Shown here: positions 29,591 through 43,320 of the stretch, piece by piece
How the letters are laid out: every line of letters starts with the position of its first letter
Position numbering within the stretch: position 1 is the stretch's first letter
DNA from: the human T2T-CHM13v2.0 reference genome, Homo sapiens
Reading direction: 5' to 3' (one strand)
Length of the DNA: 64,000 bases
Assembly: GCF_009914755.1 (NCBI RefSeq)
Contig: NC_060935.1
Notes under the pieces: model-generated
What the model was told of the DNA's origin: nothing
What the model saw: only the letters and a program-made list of their open reading frames with translations
Databases searched by the model: none
Program-made: the position numbers and the translations under genes

Positions 29591-30065
29591 ACAATTGTCT
29601 ACATCTCAAAAGGAGCATGTTGGAGTTTTATTCAAGTTGGATCCATAAATCATCTTGTACTAATAATATCTTAACAATAGTGGGTTTTCTAATTCCTGAA
29701 TACAATATATCTGTTACGTATTTTAAATGATTATTTTTGGAGAGTTTTGTAGTTTTTATTATGGATCTTCCTTATCTATTCCTAAGTGTTTATGTTTTCA
29801 GATTTCATCAAAGGTTTTTCATTAAAAAAAAATTCCAATGTCCTTGTTGCTAGTATTTATAAGGGAAATTTAACTATGTTCAATTATGTCTGTAGATTCT
29901 TTAGGGTTTTCTGAAACACTATCATATTTTCTACAGGTAAGGTTAGTTCATTACTTGGAAAGAGATAGGAGTGTGTCAGTTTCTGTTTGTGTCATTTTCA
30001 GAAGGTTGTCCTTTCCCTACATTCTACCCAATTCATCTAAGCTGTCCAATTAATTGAAATAATGC

Positions 30066-30612
30066 ATTACTGGGTATATACCCAAAGGATTATAAATCAT
30101 GCTGCTATAAAGACACATGCACACGTATGTTTATTGTGGCACTATTCACAATAGCAAAGACTTGAAACCAACCCAAATGTCCAACAACAATAGACTGGAT
30201 TAAGAAAATGTGGCACATATACACGATGGAATCCTATGCAGCCATAAAAAATGATGAATTCATGTCCTTTGTAGGGACATGGATGAAACTGGAAACCATC
30301 ATTCTCAGCAAACTATCCCAAAGGCAAAAACCCAAACACCACATGTTCCCACTCATAGGTGGGAATTGAACAATGAGAACACATGGACACAGGAAGGGGA
30401 ACATCGGTCTCTGGAGACTGTTGTGGGGTGGGGGGAGGGGGGATGGATAGCATTTAGAGATATACCTAATGCTAAATGATGAGTTAATGGGTGCAGCACA
30501 CCAACATGACTCATATATACATATGTAACAAACCTGCACATTGTGCACATGTACCCAAAAACTTAAAGTGTAATAAAATAAAATAAATAAAATAAAATAA
30601 AATAAAATAAAA
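30066..30612 (+). mobile_element. L1PA3-like 3' end with (TAAAA)n tail
   Basis: Sense L1 3' UTR 'cctaatgctaaatga'; tail at about 30571-30612. Confidence 0.92.
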
Positions 30613-31483
30613 AACAACCCCATCAAAAAGTAGGTGAAGGATATATGAACAGACACTTCTCAAAAGAAGACATTTATGTGGCCAACAAACACATGAAAAA
30701 AACCTCCTAATCGCTGTTCATTAGAGAAATGCAAATCAAAACCACAATGAGATACTATCTCACACCAGTTAGAATGCCCATCATTAAAAAGTCAGGAAAC
30801 AACAGATGCTGGAGAAGATGTGGAGAAATAGGAACACTTTTACACTGTCAGTGGGAGTGTAAATTTGTTCAACCATTGCGGAGGACAGTGTGGTGATTCC
30901 TCAGGGATCTAGAACCAGAAATACCATTTGACCCAGCAATCCCATTACTGGCTATATACCCAAAGGATTATAAATCATTCTATAAAGATACATGCGCATG
31001 TATGTTTATTGCGACACTGTTCACAATAGCAAAGACTTGGAACCAGCCCTACTGCTTATCGGTGATAGCCTGGATAAAGAAAATGTGGCAAATATACACC
31101 ATGGAATACTATGCAGCCATTAAAGGGATGAGTTCATGTCCTTTGTAGGGACATGGGTGAAGTTGGAAACCATCATTCTCAACAAACTAACACAAGAACA
31201 GAAAACCAAACACCGCATGTTCTCACTCATAGGTGAAAGTTGAACAATGAGAACACATGGACCTGGGGAGGGGAACATCACACACAGGGTCCTGTCAGGG
31301 GGGCTGGGGGCTAGGGGAGGGATAACATTAGGAGAAATACCTAATATAGATGACAGGGTGATGGGTGCAGCAAACCACCATGGCATGTGTATACCTATGT
31401 AATAAACCTACACGTTCTGCACATGTATCCCAGAACTTAAAGTATAATAAATAAATAAACGTTTTGAAACTTAAAAAAAAAAA
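30613..31483 (+). mobile_element. L1PA6/7-like 3' end with poly(A)
   Basis: 3' UTR variants 'aaactaacacaagaacagaaaacc', 'gcagcaaaccaccatggc' and 'gtatcccagaacttaaag' are diagnostic of an older subfamily. Confidence 0.9.
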
Positions 31484-33226
31484 GAAATAATGCGTTTCAT
31501 AACTATCATTTTCTAACCTTTTAACGCCTAAAGGAACTATGGGATGATTATTTGTTTTATTATTTCTGATATTGGTAATTTGGATTTCTCTTTGTTTTCT
31601 CTTGATCTCCCTTGCTGACAGTTTATCAATTTGATTATAAAAGTACGAATTTTGGCTATTTTTATTTTCTCTATTTTATGTTTTCCATTTTATTGGTTTT
31701 TGATCTTATGTTTATGTCCTTTTTTTACTTACCTTGGCTTTTATTTACTCTTCTTCTAGCTTCTTAAGGTGAAGGATTGAATGGCTGCTTTTAAACATTT
31801 ATTTTAAATGTAAGCATTTATAGCTATACATTTTTCTTTAAGTACTGTTTTGATCAAACCTCACACATTTTGATATGTTTCTGTTATTGCTTAGTTTTAT
31901 TTGCTTAGCTTCATTATATCTTTTTCTTTGATTCATAAGTTCACTAAATATTTATTGGCATGTTTCCCAGTATTTGAAGTATATTCTAGATACATTTATG
32001 AGTTACATATTTATTCATAGCAAAATATTTCAAAACTTAGTGATTCAAACAATTTGTACTCATTCTCAATTTCTGTAGGTGAGGAAACAGTGTGGTTTGG
32101 CAGGTTCCCGTGCTTCAAGGTCTCTCACAAAACTGTAATCAAGGTGCTGGTTGGGTCTACCATCTCATATGAAGGCTTGGCTGAGGAAGGATTTATTTCC
32201 ACAGTGGGTGTTGGTATTAGTAGTTATTTGAATTCTGTTGGAAGGGACATAGAGAATTAGGTCTTGTTTTCATATATTAGTTCTTCATCTTGGAGTCATA
32301 ATTTAAACCACAGTATCTTTGATCATATCTGATAGTTCCCCAGAATTAAACATATGTTTGTGCATGCTTTACCACTTACTAGTAAGAGAGCACAATGTTG
32401 ATAGATATGCTCTTCAAGTTTTAGCAATAATAATACATGTTATATTTGGGGTGGATGAATTTAAAACATGTATTAAGTAAGTTGAAAATGACCAACTTTT
32501 AGTGGAGCTCATTATGTGATAAACATCTTTGCTGGCTCAGATGGGTATTTATGGGACTCTTTATCTAAGGCTTCTATCACACCAATATTTAATTAACATA
32601 TGATGAGATGAAGGTGTTCCATGGAGCCAATGGTAAGCCAAGTCATGGAAATAACAGTGGAAGCCCTTAAGCACTACTCACTTGTTGGCAAATACAAATT
32701 TCTGTATTGTAGATACTGTTATTGAATTAATATTGGAATAAAATTAAAGGATTGAATTAATGGAGTGCAGATCATTATGATTTTATCTGACATAGTTTCA
32801 GGTCTTGATCAAAAGCCTGTACTCTAATTAAACTGCAGCACTATGATTACCTATCTTTCCAAGAATCAGAATGTCAACTTCTGTTCTTAGGCTCTCTGCC
32901 TCTGAGCCTCAGGGTTTCTTGGGCACAGACTTTTTAACGGGATGGGTGAGGCTCTCCTTACTGGGAACATTTTTAAAGATGAGAGCCTGGGGCTCGATCT
33001 CCTTTCATTCTGGCTGAAATATTACTTGTCTCACCTAAATATTTCATAATGTAAAACTCATAATTTACTATTCAATTTACTTTTGAGTTTTTCTTGTCAT
33101 ATTACAGGCTTTTCAAATTATTTGGCATTTAGCTACTTTTCCTTAGCAAGAGCCAAGTCTTTTTCTTCTAGGGATTTTCTTAGAAAAAAAGGTTTTCAGA
33201 GAGATTACTTCATTTGAATTTGTTCC

Positions 33227-34639
33227 TGCAGAGAGCCGGTAAAGGGATTGTGACCAGCTCAGCATTCCACTGGGGGCTATATGAATATATCTGTTTATCA
33301 TGAATGCAAACTGTTTATCATGAATGCAGGATGTGAGCAAACTCACACTGTGCCTGCTGCCAAAAGGTTTGTTGAGGGCCATCACTTCCTGGCACAGGGC
33401 TCCTTGAAGTTATCTCCTGAGACATTTAACACCAATTGTTGTGAACCAAATGGATGACTGACAATTGCCTGAAAACTACCCACCCCTCCTGGCTATTTCT
33501 TTTGCCTGGTAAATACGGAGGGCTGTGTATAGCTCAGGGCCCTTGTTTACTAGAGGTAAGGTGCCCTCTGACCCCTTCTTCCAAATATATTTTCTTTTTT
33601 CTTTGTCTTTGTTTAGTCCAGCAGGTATCATGGCCAGAATAAAATTAATCCTGAGTTACAAACTGAAGTTGCAATGTTGAAATCCACAGTCCTATGATTA
33701 GAGGAACAAGTACAAAGCCTGCAGTTGCAGCAGCAATTCTGTCGCCATTGTAACCACACTCACATTTGTGTAACCAACTTAGAATATAACCAAAGTGAGT
33801 ATCCATGGCACCATGGCACTGTGTGAAAGCCCATTGAAGGGAGCTTTCACATCCAATATCATCTTTGATATCAGTGAATTACAAAACAAAATTCTTGATT
33901 TAAATAGGGAAACTCAAGAATTTCAGCCTTAGAAGACTGGACCGAATTCCAGCAAGGCCTGGAGAGCCTCAACCCTTGGACCTATTTAAGGCACCACATT
34001 AACATCTTATATGTAGTTCTTGGAATAATGTTGTTTTGTCTCTGTCTTCTGTTCATAGTCTGTAAAATCAGATGGACCACTAAACAGAAAATGAGATCTG
34101 CCCAGCCTGGCCTTATATTCTTTTAATTAATCCATAAACAGAAACGGGGAGATGTAGAGAGCCAGCAGAGGCATTGTGACCAGCTCAGCATTCCACTGGA
34201 GGCTATATGATCAAACAGCAAACTGTTTACCATGAATGCAGGATGTGGGCAAACTCACATCTGTGCCTGCCACCAGAAGGTTTGCTGAGGGCCATCACCT
34301 CCTGGCACTGGGCTCCTTGAAGTTATTTCCTGAGACATCTAGCACCAATTGTTCCTGGAATACAGCCTCGCAAGCCTGCTGTGAACCAAAGGGTGGACTG
34401 ACAGTTATCTGACAACTACTCGCCCTCCTCGCTATCTCTTTTGCCTAATAAATATGGAGGGTTGTGTAAAGCTCAGGACCCTTTTTCACTAGAGGCAAGA
34501 TGCCCCCGACCCCTTCTTCCAAATATACTCTTTGTCTCTTTGCTTTTATTCCCGCCTTCACCCCCTTTGTTCAGTCCACCAGGGATTGTAGCAGGTTACA
34601 AGTGGTGCCACAAACAGTGACAGAATTGGGTGCTTTACA
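33227..34639 (+). mobile_element. Internally deleted HERV-K(HML-6)/LTR3 provirus: partial 5' LTR, env TM remnant, PPT, 3' LTR
   Basis: Two similar LTRs (33227 to about 33625; 34153-34639) with TG...CA ends, PPT 'agaaacggggaga' and 6-bp TSD tgttcc/ttttcc. The env remnant translates QNKINPELQTEVAMLKSTVL*LEEQVQSLQLQQQFCRHCNHTHICVT and LESLNPW...ILYVVLGIMLFCLCLLFIVC. Empty site in unit A near 1701. Confidence 0.85.
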
Positions 34640-37600
34640 TTTTCCAAATATTCTAATTAACAAATCTATAATGACCTTACAGTCCCTTCCATTTAAAATA
34701 TTGTTGATGTAAAAGTCATAGACTGTGTCTACACACATAAATGGATGAATTATTTACCTGCTAGAATATCCCTGAAGATATTGAAAAAGTGATTTTTTTG
34801 CTCCAGATAGCGTATGTCTTCAGTTGGTATCTAGTCCTCTAGGTGTAATTTTTTTTTTTTGTCATACCCACCATTGCTTGTAAAAATGTGTGAAAGTTCT
34901 CAACTTCCTGGGATGAGATTGGGGAGATGAAGAGACATGGTTTCACTTAGGAAAGAAGTGATCTTAGGGATATGCTAGTTGAATGACTGAAAGATTGAAA
35001 TGTTTGGCTTCTGCCTATGGGAAGGCTCTGTCATTTGTTTTTCCATGAAGTTGAATCTCAGCATTTTTCTTGATAGGTACAAAGGTTAGTAGCTGGACCC
35101 TGAATGTTATCACAAATCCTCAATCATAGTAAAGTGCTTCTGGTTGCTTCACCATAATTAAGAAAACTTTCAAGTAACAAATTGTAGTGTTGATACTTTT
35201 GCCACTAAATAATAATGGACTCATCTTTGTTAATTTCTACTAAGTATGTCAATTTGTATATAGTCATGCAAATTTAGGATCTTTGTTTTTTATGAAGAAA
35301 TTTTTCAGCAGGTAAGAGCATTCAACTACATTTGTAGAATAAAATTTGACATTATGTTTAAGCATTTTAATATTTTGGTCATCTGCTTTGGATAGTGCTA
35401 TACTCCTCTAAAGACTGAGATAATGAGAGGCCTGTGTGGAACTGTGGAAACTGTAGCCACTAGGAACTAATTCTATATCCATGGATCAGCCATTTATACT
35501 CATGTGTTTTATGATCACACATAGATGCATTAGGTATCTACAGTAACCCTCAATGAAAGAAACATTGCTTTTCTGGACCAAAATGTGAGTATTTGAAACC
35601 ATTGACAAGAGATATTCATTGCAAATTTCTGTGATATGTTGAAGTACAGGTAATGTCATAAATACCACATGACTTCATTGGATAAATTCTAATTGGGAAA
35701 ATTAAGCCAACAAACATGGAAATTTATCAGAATATATAATGTATATTTGGTTTTAATATACAGCCAAATTGGTTTTCTTTTTCCATTCTGCCAAATAGGA
35801 AGAAAAACATGTTCCATATTACATGTATAATAAACCAATAAATTTATAATCATAATCTTAGGTTATGGAATATTTTATATACCGTATTAATAAAGGTGAA
35901 CAATTACTCAAATATTTTTGATTATGGAGTTTAAAATTGCAGATCATGTCAAACGTGTTTGATTGTGAAGGAACCAATGCCTGTTATGTTCTGGAAGCAT
36001 AATATGGGTTTTTACTTATGAATCTAAAAATTATCCCAGCAATCATACTAGTAGATAAATATGCTGAGGAAAGTACTTAGTCTACTGTCATTTAAATAGA
36101 TTTATATAACTGTGACTGTGAAATGTAATATTATAGAAGTTTTTTGTTATGGAATTTTATCTTTTAAAACTGGCATGTTCTTAGGAAACACTGTTAAATC
36201 ATTTTTTCTAGAAATATGTTAACGGTTTCCATTGAAAGCCTAGTAATGCTGTCTTTCAGTTTCTAAAGTATTCCATATTTAATTACTTAAACTATAGAGG
36301 ATAGGTTACATACCTTATGTTTTTACAAGTAGACATTTAAATTGCCAAATAGAATTATCCTGTTGTTGAAGTCTAGTTTTGAAGATGGAAGAGGGAAAAG
36401 ACAGTAAACCTTGCAGGAAGTAAGGTGTGGAAAAATAACAGAATTGGCTATAGGCTATATTATTCCCTTTTGTTCTTCAGCAGATATGTCTCTATCAGTC
36501 TACAGCTTCAACAGTGACAGAACTCTGGAATCAACTGAAAGAGGTAATGTGAATTAGACATGTGGAATGTTCATCACTCTGGCTTCTAGAGACAGCTCAA
36601 ACTCTCTCTGTACACATCCTCTTCCACTGCCAGATCTATGCAAATGGAATCATCTTGTCTACACTTGAGGTTTAGTAATTTTGCCATTTTCCTCATCAGT
36701 GAGTAATCAGGAAGTTTGGGTTTGTATTTCTACTTGTCCCATTGTTCTCTGTAATTTAAATTTGTCCTTATCTATCTGACCTAGAGACTTTGAGAAATCA
36801 GTGTGTTCTGTTTTTCTTCTGAGTTTTCTTTCTTTTTCTTTTTTTTATTCACTAGAATTTGGTCTGTGTTTGGCTACCCCAAGAAGCCTCTTGAGTCACC
36901 CCAGGGACAAACAGGAGGTTGTGCTTCCAGTATTTCCTCACTAAAAATCTTTATGAAGATTTTTAGGAGAATAATTGCGTCAATTATCACATTAATCTTA
37001 ATCTTCTTATTACCTGTGTATATTAACTTATTGTAATTACTGTGTTTCTTGACTTGACTCCTTTTTCTTCCATTTTCTACCATTTCGCTCTACCTCTGAT
37101 GAGGGGTCCAACTTTTTCACTATAATTCTTCCTGATCTTTTCAAGATACATTCCATCACAGATAAAATAAGTACTCATACATAATTAAACAGGTAGTTAC
37201 TAAGACATATATTGTCTTCCCCAAAAGCCATTCCTGAATTATAGGTGTATTTTTTTTCTTTTCCCAGGACTATGTCTATTAGTCTTTTCAAATTAGCAAA
37301 GATCCAGATGATTCGTTCTGATCCAATGTTCACAGTGAAGCTTTCAGGAACATGAGTAATAGCCATCACTTATTGAGCCTTTACCAGATGCCAGCCAGTG
37401 TTCTAGGCACTTTACTTTGTTGTGATAAGACAACCCTAAGAGGTTTTAAATCAAAGTGAGGCACAGAGAGGCTTAGTAAGTGGCCCAAAGACACATAGTA
37501 AGTGGTGAAGCAGGGGTTGAAGCAGAGGCAGTGTGGCTCTGGTGTCCACATTATTCACCACATGCTATGCCTTCTCTCCAATGATGTCTTGAAACTTAAT

Positions 37601-38927
37601 TAGGCACATATTGAAAGAGAAACTTGTAGTCATTATTTACTCACTGTAATCATGAAACATCTACAATGACTACCGTTATTAATGTAACAGTCATGAGCTT
37701 GGAAATTGCTATTTAATTATAAATATATGAAAAATAAAAAAGTCTGCAGAACAGAGTAAGGGAGAGGTGCACTAATAGTTTTGTAGATGGTTGACTAGAA
37801 AGGATTTTCACTTCATCTAATTTAATCATGTTGTTTTCCTGTGAGCAAACGAAGACAGACTTGTAAATGCATTCAGAAAATGACTCAAATTCATGTTACC
37901 TTACAGTGCAGTTGGAATTTCTCTTCGAGTATGCTTTTTTTTTTTTTTGGAATCTTAACACTAAGGTTCTATTTGTGAGTACTCCTGATATCTAAATAGT
38001 GTTATAAATAAACCATGTACCACCATTCTGTTCCTCTTTGTACAGTGTATATTTTCTCCTCCCTCACTATGTAGTTCACTTGAAGAATTCAGAAAAAATT
38101 ACTCACAGCTAATGTGGCAGTTGGTGATATTCATCAATTAGTTTACTTGAGTTCAAAATTAGTTGTTGAAAACCAGGATATTGTATGTAAATGTGACAAA
38201 AAATTTGTGAAATAAGTAAGGATAAGATATAGAGACATATATCTTGTTATAAGGCAACAGAGGGTCAGACCAAATCGTTGCCATAGGGAACAACGTGATA
38301 AATAATATTTTACTATTTGTACAAGTCAATGTCCAGTCTTTTGACATTTAATGAGATATTCAAAAAGACCGAATATTTTTTGAGGCATGAAGGACCAAAT
38401 GAGTAACTGTGGATTGCCACAGTACTGAGTGAGCTATTTCAGAAGATGTTATTTTTGATGCTACACAGATCATAAAGATACCAAAACTACAAACTCACAG
38501 TACTGAATCTATGCCAACTTATTTATTTAAAGTCTGTTACCGCCATGAGAAAGTAACTTTCTTGAGACCAATAATCTGTTTCCTATTCATCATAGCTGAC
38601 TTCCATGCCAAGAAATATGTTTTAAATAGGAGTTATGAAATATATGAATGGCTAGTGGGCCTTTAACTCTTCTTCTGTACAGAATATTCACAAAAACTTA
38701 GAGGCACAAGCTGTTACCTGTAGGCTCAAACTAAAATCTTTGAGAAGATGAGAAACTCAATAGAAACTTACAAAAAGTTTATTGTGTGTGTAAATCTGTA
38801 CTGAAGATAAAATGATGAAGAGGTGCTCTGTGACATCATGGATGTATTCATATTCCTGTTCACTATTTCATTACAGGTCCTGTTCTCCTGAGCTCTCAAC
38901 TGTGACAGAAGCCTTAGAGAAGAGTAA

Positions 38928-39843
38928 AGGGGACTGAGTAATAATGTTACAGAATTTGTCCTCTTGGGCAACACTCAGTGTCCTGATGTGCAAAATGCAT
39001 TATTTGTCATGGTTTTACTCACATACGTTGTGAGTATGGCGGGAAACTTGCTTGCTGTGGTGGCTATTATTTCCAGCCCTTCCTTTGGCTCCCCAATGTA
39101 CTTCTTCCTCACAGCCTGTTATTTATATATGCTGCATATTCCAATACCATTTCTCCCAAATTGATTATAGGCTTACTCCATGATAAAAAGACTATTTTCT
39201 TCACAGCATGCATGGGGCAGCTATTTATAGACCACTTATTTGGTGGTGCTGAGGTCTTCCTACTTGTGGGGATGTCCTACGATTTCTATGTGGCCATCTC
39301 TAAGCCACTGCACTATTTGACCATCATGAATCAACAGGTTTGTATCCTTCTGTTGGTGGTGGCTGTGACTGGAGGTTTTGTGAGTTGTGTGTTTCAAATT
39401 GTTGTTGTGTACACTCTCTCGTTCTGTGGCCAAATGTCACTGACCACTTTGTCTGTGACATGCACCCATTATTGGAACTGGTGTGCACTGATACCTACTT
39501 TATAGGTCTCACTGTTGTTGCCAATGGTCTAGCAATCTGTATGGTCGTCTTCACCCTTCTACTAATCTCCTATGGAGTCATCCTAAACAACTTTAAAACT
39601 TATAGTCAGGAAGGGAGGCTTAAAGCCCTGTCTGCCTGCATCTCCTACATAACAGTCACTGTCCTGTTTCTTGTTCCCTGTATTTTCCTTTTCGTTAGAC
39701 CTGTTTCGAACTTTCCTATTGATAAATTCATGACTGTGTTTTATACAGTTATCATACACATGTTGAATCCATTAATATACACACTGAGAAATTTAGAGAT
39801 GAGAATTGCTGTAAAATCCAATGTAAAAAAACTCTGGCATTAA
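38928..39843 (+). pseudogene. OR4A-family olfactory receptor pseudogene (unit C)
   Basis: The start codon is mutated (AGG at 38928 aligns with the paralog ATG). Frameshifts near 39112 and 39430 split the receptor into ORF-track pieces 38964, 39161 and 39340. MAYDRY has become MSYDFY; [11 protein letters not shown] is retained. Possibly OR4A6P by position (unverified). Confidence 0.93.
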
Positions 39844-41259
39844 AAACTTAACTATAGTTAGAATGAGTGTTTCTCTTCTTTTAGTAGAAGTGTATGGAGA
39901 CAACGTCTGTCCTGTGAGATTGTTAGACTTCTAAGGTCAATTAAGATTTCCTAGTTTGGGAAGGCAGGATTTTGAAGCTCCCCGCTCAAATAAGATGTCA
40001 TCCCATCATGGCATCTGTTTGATATTCAAGATCTCAACCTCTATATCCAGACCGAATGTGGATGGGATCCTTGGGTGCAGTGTCTATTGTGCACTTTTTA
40101 AATTATGGTTTTTCTCTATTTACAAATCCATTGAGACAGTGTATTTCTTCCACATGCCCAGCACATAATGGAGAAAGAGAGGACCAGGCAATTAAAATAG
40201 ATCCTCCTGTTCACAAGTGAAGCCTATGGTGCTTGCTTTAGTACACTCACAAGCAGCATACTCACAAATATCTTTGAAACTGGCCCTTCTCAGACTTGGG
40301 CTGAAAGTCTATGTGCAGTGAGCTAATACTCTTAAGAATGTTAGAATTATGTTTGTCTAGTTTAAAGTATATACGAGAGGGTCTTAACATCCACAACTTT
40401 GAAATGACATTTATTTTGATGACCTTTCTTACCTTTAGAGTACTTAGCTCTTTGCAGAGACTGGAAAGGGAAACTAGTTCTGTTTCTGAAACCGGCAAAT
40501 TCTGGCTCTTTCATGTTTCTTGTAAATTCTGTTTGAAAGTGTAACAGTTAATCTTTTGTTATTTTTTATAACAAAATCTAATGCCTTATGGTAAGATACA
40601 TTGCTATAAGAAACAGTGGTAACTTATCATATTCTACTTGGAAATTTTAGCCAAAACCCCCTATTCTCTTAGGTACAATTTTTATTTTCTACTTTACTAC
40701 AGGTGACAGAATTACTAAAGGTTTCCAGCACTGGATAGTGACTAAGTCTCTTCCCTTTCCTCAAGAACATTTACTTCTGTCTTTACAGCCTCCACTTACA
40801 ACATTCTGGAGGCTTCTATTTTTTGGCACTATAGCCAATGCAATACACACTGAATTGTTGTTATGGAATCACCACACTTTGAGGTACCACTTTTTTTTCT
40901 GGTCCTCCCTTCAGGCATGGTGCAAGGCTTCACAGTTTTTGTGAGTTAAAACCACCACCATTTTATTTTATTTCAAAATTTTGTGTGCCAGAAATTCAGG
41001 CAGGTTGGCTTGGTATTTCTTCTGCTTTGGAGTATAGGACTGAAGTCACTGCCTTATTCAGCTAACAGGGTAGTCTGTAGGATGCAGAATAACTTAATTC
41101 ACATTTATAATATATTGGAAGAGATGACTGTAAAGATCCCTGGGTCCTTCTTCCTATCCATTTAGGTGAAGAACCAGAAGAACCAAAAGTATAGTCAGGT
41201 GTTTTACATGGTGGTCAGAGATCCCAGTGGTAGAAAGTAGAGATGTCAGGCCAGTTAAT

Positions 41260-43320
41260 GGGTAGGGACAGAGATCAAAACCATATCATTCTTCTCCTCA
41301 CCTCCCTAAAATCTCATCTTTTCCTCAACTTTCAAAATACAATCATTCCTTCCCAACAGTCCCCCAAAGTGTTAACCCATTCCAGCATTGACTGAAAAGT
41401 GCACAGTCCAGTCTCGTCTGAGACAAGGTTAGTCCCTTTCACCTAAGCATGTAAAATCAAAAGCAACCTAGTTATTTCCAAGATACAAAGAAGATATAGG
41501 AATTGGGTAAATTCTTTCATTCCAAAATGGAGAAATCAGCACAAAGAAAGGGGTTACAGGCCCCATGGAAATCTGTAATCTGGCAGAGTGGTCACTAAAT
41601 CTTGAAGTTACAAAACAATTACCTTTGACTCCATGCCTCACATCCAGGGCATACTGGTACAATGGGTAGTCTTCTAAGGCCTTGTGTAGTTCCACTCATG
41701 TGGCTTTATAGGGTTCGGGCAGCACAGTTGCTCTTAATGTCTTTTGTTGCTCTTGAGGGGGCCCATGGCTTTTCTAGGTGCAGGGTGCAAGCTTCTGGTG
41801 GATCTACCATTTTGGGGTCTAGAGGATGGTAGTCCTCTTCTCACAGCTCCACTAGTCAGTGCCCCCGTGGGTACTCCGTGTGTGGGCTCCAACCACACAT
41901 TTTCCCTCTGCACTGTCCTAGTACAGATTGTCTGTGATTCTCCACCCATGCAGCAGGCTTTGGTCTGAAGTTCCAGACTTTTTGATACCTCCTCTGAATC
42001 CTGGTTGGAGGCTCCCAAGCCTCCTCTCTTGCAATTTGTTCACCTGCAGGCTTAACACCACATGAAAGCCTTCAAAATTCACAGCTTTCATCATCTGAAC
42101 TGTACTTTGGCCCTTTTTAGTCACAGCTGGACCTGAAATGGCTGGGATACACACAACAGTGTCACAAGGCTGCTGAGGGCAACAGGGTCCTGGGACTGGC
42201 CCAGAAAACCGTTCACTTCTCCTAGGTCTTCTGGCCTGTGATGGGAGGGGCTGCTGAAAAGATCTCTGAAATGCCTTTGAGGGCTTTTCCCCATTGCCTT
42301 GTTGGTTAGCACATGGTTCCACTTATACAAATTTCTGCAGCCTGCTTGAATTTCTTCCCAGAAAATGGGCTTTTCTTTTCAACCAAATGACCAGGTGGCA
42401 AATTTTCAACCTTTTGCACTCTGCTTTCCACTTGAATATAAGTTCCAGTTTCATGTTATTTCTTTGCTCATTTGTATGAGCTTAGGTTATTAGAAGCAGC
42501 CAGGATAAATCTTGAATGCTGTGCTGTTTAGAAATTTCTTCTGCCAGATACCCTAAATCATCACTCTCAAGTTCAAAGTTTGATGGATCCATAGAAAAGG
42601 GACACAATGCAGCCAGACTTTGCTGAAGCTTGGCAAAAATGACCCTTATTCCATCCAGTTCCCATTTAGTTTTTTGTTTCTTTCTGAGACCTCCTCAGTC
42701 TAGAGTTTACCATTCACTTCACTATCAAAATTTTGGTCACAGCCATTCAAACTTTTCTAGGAAGTTCCAAACTCTCTCTCATCTTTCTGTCTTCTTCTAA
42801 GTCCTCTACACTCTTTCAGACTCTGCCTGTTACCGAATTCCAAAGCTGCTTCCACATTTTCTGGTATCTTTATAGAAATTTCCCAGTCTTTGGTACTAAT
42901 TTTTTGTATTAGTCCATTCTTGCATTGCTATAAAGAAATATCAGAGAGACTTTGTAATTTATTAAAAAATAAGTTTAATCAGCTCATTTTTCTACAGGCT
43001 GTAACTGAAAGCATGATGCTGGCATCTCCTCAGCTTCTGAGGAGGCCTCAGTAAATTTACAATCATAGTGGAAGGCAAAGTGGGAGCAGGTACATCTTAC
43101 ATGGCAGGAGCAGGAGCAAGAAGTGGAGTTGCCACACACTTCTAAAAAACCAGATCCTATGAGAACCCGCTATTGTGATGACAGTATCAAAACTGGATGA
43201 TGTTAAATCATGAGAAACTTCCTCCATAATCCAGTCACCTCCCACAAGGCCCTACATCCAGCATTGGGGGTTACATTTCTACGTGAGATTTGGGTAGGGA
43301 CACAGATTCAAACCATGTCA
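41260..43320 (-). mobile_element. MST-type MaLR element: LTR stub, internal region and complete LTR
   Basis: LTR stub ending 'aaaccatatca' at about 41288, MST/THE1-int sequence 41290-42904, and complete LTR 42905-43320 (tgtattagtcc...aaaccatgtca). Confidence 0.9.

Larger units (their letters stand above)
31709..41255 (+). repeat. Segmental duplication unit C (carries an OR pseudogene and the HML-6 insertion)
   Basis: 'atgtttatgtcc...acttaccttggctt' at 31709 matches window position 1, and the unit is colinear with unit A through the OR exon. Confidence 0.9.

Noticed and set aside
36896-36908. EBF/O-E-like site ACCCCAGGGA
   Set aside because: Degenerate in the OR4A5 module (accccacgga) and no TSS evidence; too weak to call.
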